A stretch of 63,317 nt of DNA, counting the filler, from Octopus bimaculoides (taxonomy: Eukaryota): the NCBI RefSeq assembly GCF_001194135.2. It is 4 parts of 4 records of this genome, joined end to end, with 100 filler letters (N's around TTAATTAATTAA, not from the genome) between each part and the next. Parts side by side here need not be neighbours in the genome. Positions count along the whole stretch, not along the records: positions 25,487 to 44,503 come from NC_068994.1; 3 more parts are not named here. One strand, 5' to 3'. Below the pieces are notes generated by a model, which saw only the letters and a list, made by a program, of their open reading frames with translations, ran no database searches and had not been told where the DNA came from. This document shows, in pieces, positions 27,528 through 39,404 of this stretch (within the stretch, counting starts at the first letter, position 1; each line of letters opens with the position of its first letter). Position numbers and translations under genes: made by a program.

Positions 27528-27695
27528 GTCTCTGTGGAGTCAACAAGGAAGACTCTACTGAGATGATAAAGCAGACCCTATTGAGTCAACAAGTGATTCT
27601 CTACTGAGTCAAAAGGGTATCTCTGTTGAGTCAACAAGGGAGTCTGTTGAAGCAACAAGAAAGTTCCTACTGAGTTGATAAAGGAGTTTTTGCTG
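27528..27695. repeat. Degenerate ~22-bp minisatellite
   Basis: Recurring ctgttgagtcaacaag and ctactgagttgataaag units. Confidence 0.75.
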
Positions 27696-28239
27696 TCTCA
27701 AAGTGGGTACTTCTACAGGAAGTTTATACTGAGCCAGTGAGGATGAATTGTGAAAAATTTGTATGTTCTGTGAAAATTTGGAAAGTTTCATGGGAATATA
27801 TTTTTGCATTTAGGATCACAATAATATTCTTGATGTGGTTTGATTGTTTTTTGATGTCTGCCTCTGTGTGTGTATACATATATTGCATAGGCTGAAAGTA
27901 ACATCAAGAAAATTAACACCCCTGCCATACACACACATTACAGTAAGATACAGTAGAATACAATATATCAATATACTTAGTGTAATTGACAATGTTGATT
28001 AATAACTGAAATTTCATTTTGCAACATGTCACACTAATGGAACAGAAAATGAAAATAGCCTTAGATGTAAGGTGTCTGCTGCAAAATATGGGTGTATGCT
28101 GGATACAATCCTTACATGCTATAATTGTTTTGTCTTTAGAGTATTTAGAATATTAAAAAACAACATTTAACAGAAAAAAATATTAAGATCAATGTCCTTG
28201 TAAAGAAACAGCATGAATGGTGTAGTTTTTGTAAGACTA

Positions 28240-29093
28240 TATTGAGTCATCCCATTAATAATGCAGTTTTTTAATACTACTTTTATTTTTCAAAATTAAG
28301 ATAAACAAAGTTCTAAAGTATATTCTCCTTTATTTCCTACAATGCTTTTCCATCTACCTGGTAGACTTGCAAGGCCCCTCTTCCAAAATTCACTTGTCCA
28401 TGATGAAAAATACTCTTCTAGTAATGTTCTGACCTCATCCACAGAATTCCTCTTTTTTTTTTTTTTGTCCAAATGATTTTGAAGACTGTGGAATAAATGA
28501 TAATTAGATGGGGCAATGTCTGGTGAATATGGTGGATGGGGCATCGTTTCCCGTTCAAACTGATCCAGCCTTTTTGAATGTCATACTTGCTGTATGTGGC
28601 TGAGCATTATCCTGATGGAGAAATACTTTTCCTCTTGAAACCGAAGATGGTTGTTTTTCTTCTGGCACTGATTTGAATAACTGGTCGAATGACCAAATCT
28701 AAGCTTCTCTGCTACTTCCTCAACAGTTACCATGGGATTTTGTTCCACCAGGATTTGCAGAACATCCTTATCGAGCTCTACAGATCTTCCAGGATGAAGC
28801 TCGTCTTCTAGGCTGTAGTTTCTGGCTTGGAATTTCTGAAACCACTGTTGACACTGGCTCATGCTTATTGTGTGATACCCATATACTGCATTTATTATTC
28901 CTCGCAATTTTTGTTGTGCTGTTGCCTTTATTGAACTCATAAAGCAAAGTATGCTGAATATGTTCCTTTGTCACTTCCATTATAGCTTTGAAAAAATAAC
29001 TGTTTAAATCAAACTGCACTCTTCAAAACTTGCACCAAGAATAAGGATTTTATTCAAGCCACAAGGGCTAAACATAGAGGGGATGATACAATA
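28240..29093 (-). mobile_element. mariner element, internally deleted
   Basis: MEVTKEHI.., CQQWFQKF..SLEDELHPGR and HPPYSPDIAPSNYHLFHSLQNHL..LPGRWKSIV; ends tattgagtcatccc and gggatgatacaata (imperfect TIRs with TA). Confidence 0.88.
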
Positions 29094-30400
29094 GGAACAT
29101 AGGGTTGGGCTTATACCACATGGGCTCATCTTGTAGCACTGATCCCCTCTTGTCCCATTGCACAAAGCAGCTCTAACAATGCACCCCTCGTGTTTAGCCT
29201 CAAAATGTTGGTTGAGTGCCAATCTCACAGCTAAAACTTGAGACACACTGCCTGTCCTCTATGCCTTTTCTAGGGCTTTAACTAAGTTCCTTTCTACTCT
29301 ATTCTTCTTACTTGCTAATTCTTTACTAAACTGAACTGACTCAAACTTTATGGCTCTTTTGAGGGTATGCCACCATTTGTTGTTAATAATGGCGCCTGTC
29401 AATGCCCTCTTCACAACCTGACTAATCCAGTTCCTGTACACCTTACAAGTCAAAAGAGACCTGTTGAGTTTCCAGTAGCTGGGTCCCTGTCTACATATCC
29501 TATTTAGGTCATGCATACAGGACACAAGTTTGTGATCACTGTAGCTGACATAATGAAGTTGTGGACAACTAGCTATATTTTTATCTTTACGTCTATTATC
29601 CTATCTAAGTAAGACCTAGAAGACCCTTCGCTGTTTGTTCATGTCCATACTGGAGCGCCTGGAAATTCTAGTCTATATCGATCTGCCAGATAAAAGCAAC
29701 TGAGCAGATCGGTGAGGCATGAGTTACCCCTCCTATTTGGATTCAAGCCAACACAATCTACACGTGCATCACAAATTGTGTTAAAATCACCTAATAATAA
29801 TGAAGTATGAGACGTGCTTAGGAAATTTTCTAAGCTTCTAAAATAGTCAGACTGTCTAGTCCCATAGGGGGCGTAGACACCTACCAACCTGAAAGTTTTA
29901 CCACTGCTGAGCATCACATCAAGGATGATCAGCCTGCCTTCTGGGTCAATAAAGATTGTTCTTGTTTCGAAAACCAGATTTTTCCTGAGTAGAATCACAA
30001 CACCACTCCTTCCCCTTGGTTGGCATGGAGAAATAAATTTCTCATAGCTGTTCAGGAGCCGGGAGAAAGGCCCGCATCCCACTCAGTCTGGTTTCCATGG
30101 CAACTATCACATCCAATCTATGTGACCTGAGGTCATTAAGGAAGCAACCTTGCTTCTAGTCTGACCCCAGGCTACAGTGAGTGTATCCATAAAATAGCTT
30201 ACCTTTGTTGGAGGTCTGATGCAGCAGATTTACCAAAAACAGAAGGATACCAGCCCAACAGCTGAAACGAAAAAACTCCTGATTCCCCCACGACATAGGC
30301 CCTCTCAGAAAAGACTTTTGCATTTTGATGTATGAAGGCTTAAACAAGGAGTCCCTGCAAGCCACAAATTAGACTGCAGTCCTATGACATTGGCAGTTGT
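29094..30400 (-). mobile_element. L1/Tx1-clade LINE, 5' part of ORF2 (AP endonuclease), decayed
   Basis: ORF2 ATG at 30190 (MDTLTVA..FLNDLRSHRLDVIVAMETRL); SGVVILLRK, LVGVYAP, LLGDFN, SYLDRI, GPSYWKLNRSLL. Confidence 0.88.
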
Positions 30401-31760
30401 TGTAAGTGAGTGTCACTGTCATGCAAGAGGTGTTCTTTGTTTCCAATCTTCTACATAATCATGTCTGGGCAATGTGAAATAGATGAAGGTTAGTGGTATG
30501 AAAGACATTCAGCTATACAAAATCTGTCTAATCCTTGTGAGCATGGAAGAGTGGATGTTTCATATATATTACATGGATAATAATGTTTTCAACTGAGATG
30601 TTACAAACATATCTGATTGTTCAAGTGATTTAATTCTGTGTACGTACATATATTTACTTAATTGCTGACATTCATCAGTGATTTCTCTCATTGTTTCAAT
30701 GTGTCATTTCCTATCTTTAATAAGATAAAATGTCAGCATTTTTGACAACACAGGTGTGCTAGGATAATGAAATGTTGACTGTCATTATGTATTATAAGTA
30801 CCAAGTTAAGGAGAAATTACGATAAATGTTATTGAGCTAAAGACAAAGTTATCATCTTCAAGAAATAATATGAATATAAACCTAAGTGATTTTACTATGT
30901 TTAAAATATCCTTCCTAGGGCCAACCATATTGCAGTGTGTACTGGGTGCTATTTTTCAAGGCACCAACACTAGTGAATTTGTCATGCAGCTTTCAAAATT
31001 ACAAACCCTTGTGAGGACCAACTTTATGCTTGGAGATTGAGAAGTAGAGAGGACTAAAGTATGAGAGAAAAGGTTTGGAGAAGAACAGGTTTCTTACTAT
31101 AGGGTAGCTAGATGAATACTCACATTTTAGAAAAGAGTGGAGGAAAAATGCAATAAAAAATAGTGGTGTTGCAGTCTCAGGTCGTACTGTCAAGGTATGG
31201 GGTAGGTAGGAATGAGTGGGGAAGGAAGGGATGTCTGATAGTGCAGCATAGCAGAATAAAATTGATGATGCAGTAAACAGGAGGACAAAAGAGAGATGAC
31301 ATGCTAATGGATAGGGAAGATAGGCATGTGCAGTGTATGGGGGGGGGATGAGACATTTCGTGGTGGGAAAGGAGAGATAATTTGGTGGCACAGTGGGGCC
31401 GGGTGAACAATGAAAGTATGGATAAAGATCAGTGTTAATAGATAAAGGATGGACAAGTGAAGTGGTTCAGAGTAGTAAGAAAAGTGGTTTCAAGGAAGAA
31501 CTACAATTAAGGAGCTGATGGGTGATGGTGGTGAGTAACTTGAGGAGGAAGGAAATTGGGCCAAAAGCTCTGTTGTTAACTTATATATTATACACACACA
31601 GTTCTACCAGAACTTAGTTTTGCCAAAGTGGTGAGTCTTCTTGAGAATTGCATTTCACCAGCCATCCTCATCATTTGACATTTCCTCCATGATGTTTAGG
31701 TCCTAAGATCATCCTTATTAATATATATATTAGAAATTTCAAACAGCCCAAATCTTTTAC

Positions 31761-31791
31761 CATAACCTCCTGTAATATATTAGTGTAGGCC
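31761..31791 (-). CDS. Candidate exon (AYTNILQEVM)
   Basis: aatttctttacag| ... ATG|gtaaaa; phase 2 to 0 fits the upstream chain. Confidence 0.45.
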
Positions 31792-32307
31792 CTGTAAAGA
31801 AATTTACAGAACAGAATGTCTTAGACTTCAGTGTATAAAAATTAAACTATAAATTGTGTGTATAACCTTGAAAGAATTAACATCTAATAGAAAAACATAT
31901 ATGTTAGTTAATTTATGTTAACTTAATTTACATACCATTGTGGAAAAATATATTCAATATAGTGAAATGAATAACAAATTATAAGTATGTTATTGAGGGT
32001 ATAGTGTATATTATTGATAGTAAATGTTGTAGAAATGTGGTGTAGATTAGAAATGTTTCTGTTCTTGGTTAACTTGCAGAAAGGTGAAAATGAAAGAAAT
32101 ATATAATATACTTGTCTAGAATCAGAATTGCTGGAACCATTTCAGAGAGAATACAAGAAAATATAAGGAAATGTTACTGTTGATCAATATGTCAATGAAT
32201 GTGGAGGATTTTATTAGAAGAGAAAATTCAATTTTTGTTTAATTCCATAGTGGAAAAAAGATAGTATTTGATGTAGCTGAATGAATTGCACCAACTAAGT
32301 ATATTAC

Positions 32308-32315
32308 CAAGGGAA
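32308..32315 (-). CDS. Candidate 8-nt microexon (TTCCCTTG; FP + W junction)
   Basis: ctattctgcttattttgtag|TTCCCTTG|gtaata; needed to keep frame between the 32733 and 31791 exons. Confidence 0.35.
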
Positions 32316-32732
32316 CTACAAAATAAGCAGAATAGGTTTGCTGCATGGATGGATGGCTACATACATATATACATCTGGTGGTGAGTAGAAATGAAAGAAG
32401 TGTTGGAGTGTGTATATATACTAATATGTGTGTGTGTGTGTATACTAATATGTGTGTGAGTGTATATGTGCATGTGTGTGTATGTGCGTAAACACACATA
32501 CATATCAGTCAACAAGACATACTATTCTTAAAACGACATATTAGATGGTACAATCGTAGATACCTTTGTTTGTATAACAAATGTGATAAGAGAATACAGT
32601 CCTTGACTTACAAATAAGAGGCTTTCATCATAGATCTGCTCAATTTAGGATTGATCTACAGCTAAACAACAAGAACAATAGATATTTCCAGCCAATGAGA
32701 AATTCTCTTCATCACTTCATGTACCTCCTTAC

Positions 32733-32786
32733 TTCTATATAGAGATATTGAATAAATGATAAGTATGTATTCAAAAGCTCATGCCA
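32733..32786 (-). CDS. Candidate exon (WHELLNTYLSFIQYLYIE)
   Basis: gcctgtttgcag| ... GAA|gtaagg; 54 nt; only one open frame (phase 0 to 0). Confidence 0.55.
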
Positions 32787-32825
32787 CTGCAAACAGGCTA
32801 TCTTTAAGATAGCATATTAGAGCTA

Positions 32826-32970
32826 CATTATTTACATTATTTACATCTGACAGATATTTGTCCTCATCTTGTTTGTTGATAACACATTTCAGCTGATATA
32901 CCCTCCAGCCTTCATCAGGTGTCTTGGGGAAATTTCGAACCTGGGTTCTCATTCCTAAGGTATTTTTCAA

Positions 32971-33016
<46 letters not shown>

Positions 33017-33050
33017 GTTATTATTATTATTATTCGATTCCAGGCAGTGA

Positions 33051-33085
<35 letters not shown>

Positions 33086-33263
33086 GTAATAATAATATTA
33101 ACAACATCGAAAAATACCTTAGGAATGAGAACCCAGGTTCGAAATTTCCCCAAGATACCTGATGAAGGCTGGAGGGTATATCAGCCGAAATGTTNNNNNN
33201 NNNNTCATCAGGTGTCTTGGGGAAATTTCGAACCTGGGTTCTCATTCCTAAGGTATTTTTCAA

Positions 33264-33309
<46 letters not shown>

Positions 33310-33343
33310 GTTATTATTATTATTATTCGATTCCAGGCAGTGA

Positions 33344-33378
<35 letters not shown>

Positions 33379-33572
33379 GTAATAATAATATTAACAACAT
33401 CGAAAAATACCTTAGGAATGAGAACCCAGGTTCGAAATTTCCCCAAGATACCTGATGAAGGCTGGAGGGTATATCAGCCGAAATGTTGTGTTAACAATAA
33501 ACAAGATGAGGACAAATATCCGTCAAATGTAAATAATGTACATAATTCCTCATCTCTTAAATCTAGAACTGT
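32826..33572. mobile_element. Inverted (head-to-head) composite of the hammerhead-bearing SINE-like element
   Basis: Minus-strand 3' half joined at the B-box region to a plus-strand copy; flanks atattagagcta (32814-32825) and atgttagagcta (33573-33584); part duplicated around a 10-N gap. Confidence 0.8.
33447..33492 (+). ncRNA. Minimal type-I hammerhead ribozyme motif (putative)
   Basis: gatac CTGATGA a GGCTG gagggtatat CAGCC GAAA T GT T GTGTT; invariant core intact, wobble pairs in stems I and III. Confidence 0.6.
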
Positions 33573-33779
33573 ATGTTAGAGCTAGTAACTAATTAAGTTA
33601 GTTGTAATTAAAGCAGTTTTAAACTCCCTTCTTCCGTCATCTGACATATCTTTAATCTTTATCTTCATCTTTGTTCACTTGATGTCAAGAAAATCTGTGA
33701 AAAAAATAATTAGGTTGTTGTTTATACTTTTGAGTATTTTGTTATTCTGGCTGATGTTGTCTTACTGTAGACATTTAAG

Positions 33780-34370
33780 AAACATTATCTTCATACTCAT
33801 TTTCATTATTCTCGTCACTGTTGTCATAGTAATAGTCAACACTGCAACTATCATTATCACCATCCTTGCTATTACAACTGTTATAATCCTCAATACCATC
33901 AGCACCACCAAAACTATCACCCACTATCCCGTCATCATTGTCATCATCATCACCATTATCATCATTGTCATCATCACCATTACATCATCATCATCAGCAG
34001 CAGAAGGAGTAACAACAGCATTCATTGCAGTGAGTGGTGGTAGTTATGGTGATGGTGATAGTTATTGTGGTGGTGGTGGTGGTGTTGGGGTAAGTATATT
34101 GATTGTAATGATGGGAATTGAAGTATAGTGATAGGTTGTGGTAATTGTGATGGCAGTTGTGGTGGTGGTACTGGCAGTGATGAAGGGTGGCAGTAGTGGC
34201 AGTGGTTGTAGTGGCTGTGGTGGTAATGTTGAGGGTGGTGGTGATGGTTGAGGTGTGGTGGAAGTGGTAATGGTAGCAATGATGATGATGGCAGTGGTTG
34301 CCATTCTGGTAGTGGCAGTGGTTGTTGTGATGGTAGTGGGGCTGGTGGTGGTGATAAAGGTGATGAAATG
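33780..34370. repeat. Low-complexity (ATC)/(GTG/GAT)-rich tract
   Basis: Trinucleotide-like degenerate repeats; explains the hydrophobic and Pro/His-rich ORFs here. Confidence 0.8.
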
Positions 34371-35439
34371 AACGTTCCAGTTAAATTGTGTCTCTGTTCT
34401 GTATGACTGACAATCATGTCATTTGATCAGACCAACTAACCATTGTTACATGAACCGGAACATTACCATGGAACTCTACACACCCAACATTCTCCACATT
34501 ATTCTCTTCCCCATCTCTATTTCACCACTTCCCTGTATGTGTGTGTGTGTATGTGTGTGTGAGAGAGAGAGTGTGTGTGCATGCCTGTGCATGTGTTTGT
34601 GTATATATGTCTGGATATTGTGTGTGTGTATATATATACATGTGAATGTGTAATTGTGCATGTGTGTGCATGTGCACGTGCACATGCTTGTGTGTATATA
34701 TCTGGATATATGTGTGTGTAAGTGGTTATAGCATTTTGTTGTTGGATAGGCTTGTGTTTAGGTAAGTAAATAACAGATTCGGTGTTAATCATAATCTCCA
34801 TCACACAGACCCCACTTGATCCTCCATGTTAACCAGGGTGTGATTGATCTGCTAGTACAATAACTCCTCTTCTACCTCTATTATATCATATATTACCCAC
34901 ACATCATTTTGGCCATTCCATCAAATCCTTAATGCCATTACTCTCACATTCAAAATACACCAATTCTTTAAAATATCAACAGTTAAGCTTTTCTCATTGT
35001 ATAACCCAGGTATTAATTGCACTTATGGTGATAACAATAATTTTATTGCATTACCATGGTGATGATGCTAATAATATTGTGTTACTATCGTATTGTTGCT
35101 GTTATTTTTTAACCCCAGCTCAATCTTAATTGAGCAGGTCTCTAACCAAAGCAGTCCAGCTAGGATTATTTTATTTTAGATATAGTGTATCTTGGACAGT
35201 GTGTGTGTGTGTGTGTGATTGTCGTCATCATCATCATTTAATGTACATGTTCCTGCCTGGAACACATGATGGGATCTCCTGTAAGTTTGAGTAGGGTTGA
35301 TGTATGTATATATATATATATATATATAAGCACACACAGACACACTCACTCGCACACATGCACACACACACACATACACACACACATACACACACACATG
35401 ATGGGATCTCCTGTTGAAGAGAACATTGTGAGTGTTTGG

Positions 35440-35690
35440 ATTTTGCTGAACAACCTGCATAAATGACTTGTTTATAGAGATCAAATATATGCGTTGTACA
35501 TGAGCTCACTACCTCCACCAAATCTTGTACAAGTGTACAAAAGTGTCACACATCAGATATCAAAATGTTTGCAGAGCAACATGAAATGAAGTGTTTAGCT
35601 CAAGAACACAATCACTGCCTTGTCTGGGAATCAAATCCATGATCTAGCAATTGTGAGTGCAACACCCTAACCACTATGCCATGTACCTTC
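35440..35690 (-). mobile_element. Degenerate tRNA-derived SINE
   Basis: Reverse complement gives ggcatagtggttagggtgttgcactc...tttgattcccagac head. Confidence 0.5.
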
Positions 35691-35769
35691 ATATATATAC
35701 ATGTGTGTGTATGTATAATGTAGGTAGATAGGTTAAATGTATGTAGATAGCAATGATAGCAATGATCAT

Positions 35770-36508
35770 GGAGAGTGCCAGCAGTAACCATCACAGACCT
35801 GGACTTCGCAGATGATACAGCACTCTTATCTAATAGATTACTCATATCTAATAGATCAAGCTCAACAGCTGTTCAACAGAGTAGAAGCATCAGCTGCAAA
35901 GATAGGACTGCTCACAAACATGAAGAAAACAGAATACATGTCTTTTAACCAATCAAATGATACTGAACTGAATGTTGCTGAAGACTTCAAGTACTTAGGT
36001 GGTTGAGTAAGCAGTTTGGAAGCAGACATCAAGATCAGGAAGACATAAGCATGGACAGCCTGTCACAAAGTAAAGAAAGTCTGGGACACCAAATTGCCCA
36101 GGCAAATCAAAATGAAACTGTTCATTGTAACTGTTGAATCAGTGCTGTTATATGGCAATGAAATATGGACACTGACAAAGAAATGATCAAATGGGCTAAA
36201 TGGCTGCTACACAAGGATGCTACAAATGGCTCGAAATGTGAAATGGCGGCAACATATGACAAATGAATTGCCTTTATGGAGACCTGCCAAAGGTTAACAA
36301 GAAGATCACACAAAGACGGTTGCTACTATCTGATCACTGCGTGCACCATTCTTAGCTGGGAGCATCCAAATTATTTTGTGGAACCCACTTCATGGTGATT
36401 TAATCAGAGGAAAACATCGTTACGTATCGACAACTTGATTGAAGACACTGGCCTTGAATATATCCAGGATCCTGAAGCAGTGATGAGAGACCAAGAAGTC
36501 TGACAGGT
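35770..36508 (+). mobile_element. RTE-X-like LINE, RT and 3' region
   Basis: RVPAVTITDLDFADDTALLSN, KIGLLTNMKKTEYM, EDFKYLG, VESVLLYG; interrupted at its end by the GGATC MITE. Confidence 0.85.
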
Positions 36509-36516
36509 AGATTTTG

Positions 36517-37152
36517 GGATCTTTTTTAAAACGGGGGCCACATTTTTCATTAACGAAACACTTTGAAACTTGGAACACTGGTAGAATGTGTCATATAAAA
36601 CATCTTTTTCTCTTAGTCTTCTTAAAAAAAAAAGAAATCCATAAATTATTCCATGTTAAAGTTGTCATATTTCTGTAATTTCAACCAATCACTGACGTCC
36701 ATTCAGCCGATATACATTAAGTGCCGACTACATAAACAAACGATTCTGAAACAATTAACCCTAACCCTAACCCTNNNNNNNNNNNNNNNNNNNNNNNNNN
36801 NNNNNNNNNNNNNNNNNNNNNNNNNNNNNNNNNNNNNNNNNNNNNNNNNNNNNNNNNNNNNNNNNNNNNNNNNNNNNNNNNNNNNNNNNNNNNNNNNNNN
36901 NNNNNNNNNNNNNNNNNNNNNNNNNNNNNNNNNNNNNNNNNNNNNNNNNNNNNNNNNNNNNNNNNNNNNNNNNNNNNNNNNNNNNNNNNNNNNNNNNNNN
37001 NNNNNNNNNNNNNNNNNNNNNNNNNNNNNNNNNNNNNNNNNNNNNNCTATAACACAAAATAGATAAGTATACGAAGTTTGAAAGTCTTTCGGTACCAAAA
37101 ACACTATGTAAAACATTAATGAAAAATGTGACCCCCGTTTTAAAAAAGATCC
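36517..37152. mobile_element. GGATC-MITE, long form with internal (TAACCC)n
   Basis: 37-bp TIRs with 1 mismatch; 8-bp TSD agattttg at 36509-36516 and 37153-37160; (TAACCC)3 at 36756-36773 runs into the gap. Confidence 0.9.
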
Positions 37153-37400
37153 AGATTTTGTTGCCGTAATAATAAATAACCTGGCCATAATAATAAATAA
37201 TATTCCGACAAGTCTGTTTTCCCTATTTCTGAAAGGGGTGGTGGGACTCAATGAGTAACATTTATTGTATTTTTGACTTTGAGACAAAAATATTTTTATA
37301 AATGTTCACTAACAAAAACTAGATCTGCTAAGCAAATGACCTTCTCTAAATGCATTAAAAACTACTATAACATATTCAGAACACTATTTCAGAAAACTAC

Positions 37401-37485
37401 CTCTGTTCTCTTTAAGCATATAAATGACAAATTTAGATGGGTCAGAATGAGTAAGAAAAGATAAGGTAAATTTGCCTCTTCAATT
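37401..37485 (-). CDS. Candidate exon (IEEANLPYLFLLILTHLNLSFICLKRTE)
   Basis: poly-T..ttctgaag| ... GAG|gtagtt; 85 nt; only one open frame (phase 2 to 0); chains to 32786. Confidence 0.5.
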
Positions 37486-38297
37486 CTTCAGAATTACATT
37501 TGAAAAAAAAACTCATACACATCAATATCTAAGTCAAATGAAAATGAATCATGGAAAAATGGCATAATATGAAATTAATGAAACTTGACTAGATAAAAAA
37601 ACTCAACATAAAATATTCTCTATAGCTTCTTCATGATCTGCAGAACTTTTTGAAATTTTCAAAACACATGAGGATTCATACAACTATGAAAATTTTTTTT
37701 AAACTTTTCCCAATTTTTTTTTTAATTACAGACAGTCCTAAATTTTGATTTCAGTCCCAACAATAGACCATTAAACATGTCTATGGGGAGAAAGATATTG
37801 AAAAACATCAATACATCAGAATGACTGAGAAACAAGGAAGGTATCAAGGGATCATGAGATGTGCTAAAAATAACAGCTAAATAGACCTTAAGTCAGAAAC
37901 AAAAAACTTTTTTTTGTCTTTTCATAGTTGTATGAATTCCCATGTGTAGAATACAAATTTGCAAAAATTTTCTGAGAATTCTAAAAACTAGAAAAAGCTA
38001 CGAAATGTTATATGGGGTACTTAAAGTAGAATTCCACCTGGCTCTCTTCCTGATACATTTATGCACCATGCAATTAAAGAGAAGAGATTATTGAAATTAG
38101 TCATTACTCATTTTACCCCAGTTTAGACATCAGTGTTTGAAAATTGATAATTATCAAATTAGACATTAGCATGGGAAAAATTGACTTGGAACCCAACAGA
38201 GGAAAGAATTCGGATTGTTGAACACCCAAAATTGTCTATATATTTCATTAGCAACCTATATCGATACACATATATCGATAGATACATAGATAGATAG

Positions 38298-38468
38298 GTA
38301 TAGATCAAGACAGTTTGATTCAAACTCCTTGGTACTTCAAGTTTTAAGTGTGAAGCTAATCCTCTGCTGTTGAACATTTGAATGGAGAAAGTCCAACAGA
38401 TGAGGATTAGCATCACACTTGAAACTCAGAGTACCAAGGAGTTTGCATCAAATTATTTTGATCTATAC
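38298..38468. repeat. ~170-bp imperfect foldback
   Basis: Arms 38298-38372 and 38394-38468 (caaactccttggtac / gtaccaaggagtttg), 21-nt loop. Confidence 0.88.
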
Positions 38469-38524
38469 GTGTAACTCCCAATAAATGTGTTGAGTGCCCT
38501 ACCTTCGTTTGTCTACTCACTCAT

Positions 38525-38557
<33 letters not shown>

Positions 38558-39404
38558 CATATATATTTCAAAAATTTTAGAAAAATGTACAGGACAATGA
38601 CAAAAACAAACATGACAAAATAAAATATATTTATACAACAAAAAATATACATATACAACAAAAAAGTTGTGCAGCCACAAGACAGTCAGATATGGGGTAA
38701 CACAAAGGAAAATGAAAATGTTCTTTAGGACTGGAGATGAAAGAAGGACAGATAGAAAGTCAGATCGGAGGAAGAAGTAACAAATATGTAAAAAGACAGG
38801 ATGTGTGTGTGTATGTGTGTGTTTCCCTATTTTAAATGTAAGATACATATTGAATGACAATTATATTCTGTTTCTAACATATTGATCAACTATGCAGTAT
38901 CTTCCTGGTTGGTTTCTATTATTATGGCAATGCCTGCAATGGTTGTGTTGTTAGTCAGGCAGTAATGTGTATGATGGCTTTTCCTATTGGCATTTTACCT
39001 GATAATTAAGTATAGAACTGTTACTGATAGATCTGTGACTAGAGATCAGTGAATCAGTTAACTTTGGTAGTAATTGCTTGGTTTTGGAGTATCAGAACTC
39101 TTTATCTGTATTACAGATACACAGCATCAAGATTTGTAAACCATATCAATATTCCAGCATGGAAAGTGAAAGTAAAACAGTTATGATGATGAAGTTGATG
39201 ATGATGAAAAATATATATGCTAATATTTAATGCTAACACACTACCACACTAGATACTTCTACAGACAACCTTTCTTCTGCTCCACATAGTGATGATACTT
39301 GCACACATTTTTTTACACATATATTTGTTTTTTCTTTTACATAGATATATTTGTTTTTTTTTCTTTTTAAATACATATAATCATATACTTTGTATTTATA
39401 TATA

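Noticed and set aside
27528-27695. CRISPR-like array
   Set aside because: Eukaryotic context; degenerate contiguous units with no unique spacers and no cas genes.
30919-31010. Plus-strand exon-like segment (PTILQCVLGAIFQGTNTSEFVMQLSKLQTL), with others at 27891-27942, 31602-31630, 37393-37450 and 39117
   Set aside because: No convincing consistent chain. The 31631 donor lies in an RTE-like 3' remnant (minus strand DLNIMEEMSNDEDGW*NAILKKT), and the segments overlap the better minus-strand model. Not fully excluded.
32080-32230. Protein-like frame broken only by TAA/TAG (KGENERNI*YTCLESELLEPFQREYKKI*GNV..), suggesting editing or recoding
   Set aside because: Further stops follow, there is no homology cue, and C-to-T decay or chance explains it more simply.
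33034-33490. Apparent tandem dimer of the hammerhead element (would allow a double hammerhead)
   Set aside because: The duplicated blocks flank a 10-N gap and repeat the preceding sequence almost exactly; probably an unmerged contig overlap. Needs long reads.
33679-34417. Hydrophobic 149-aa and Pro-rich 131-aa ORFs
   Set aside because: They arise from degenerate ATC/GTG low-complexity sequence.
24720-36508. The two RTE-X RT pieces as one element split by 11 kb
   Set aside because: A contig gap and candidate host exons intervene, and no shared TSD was found; independent copies are more likely.
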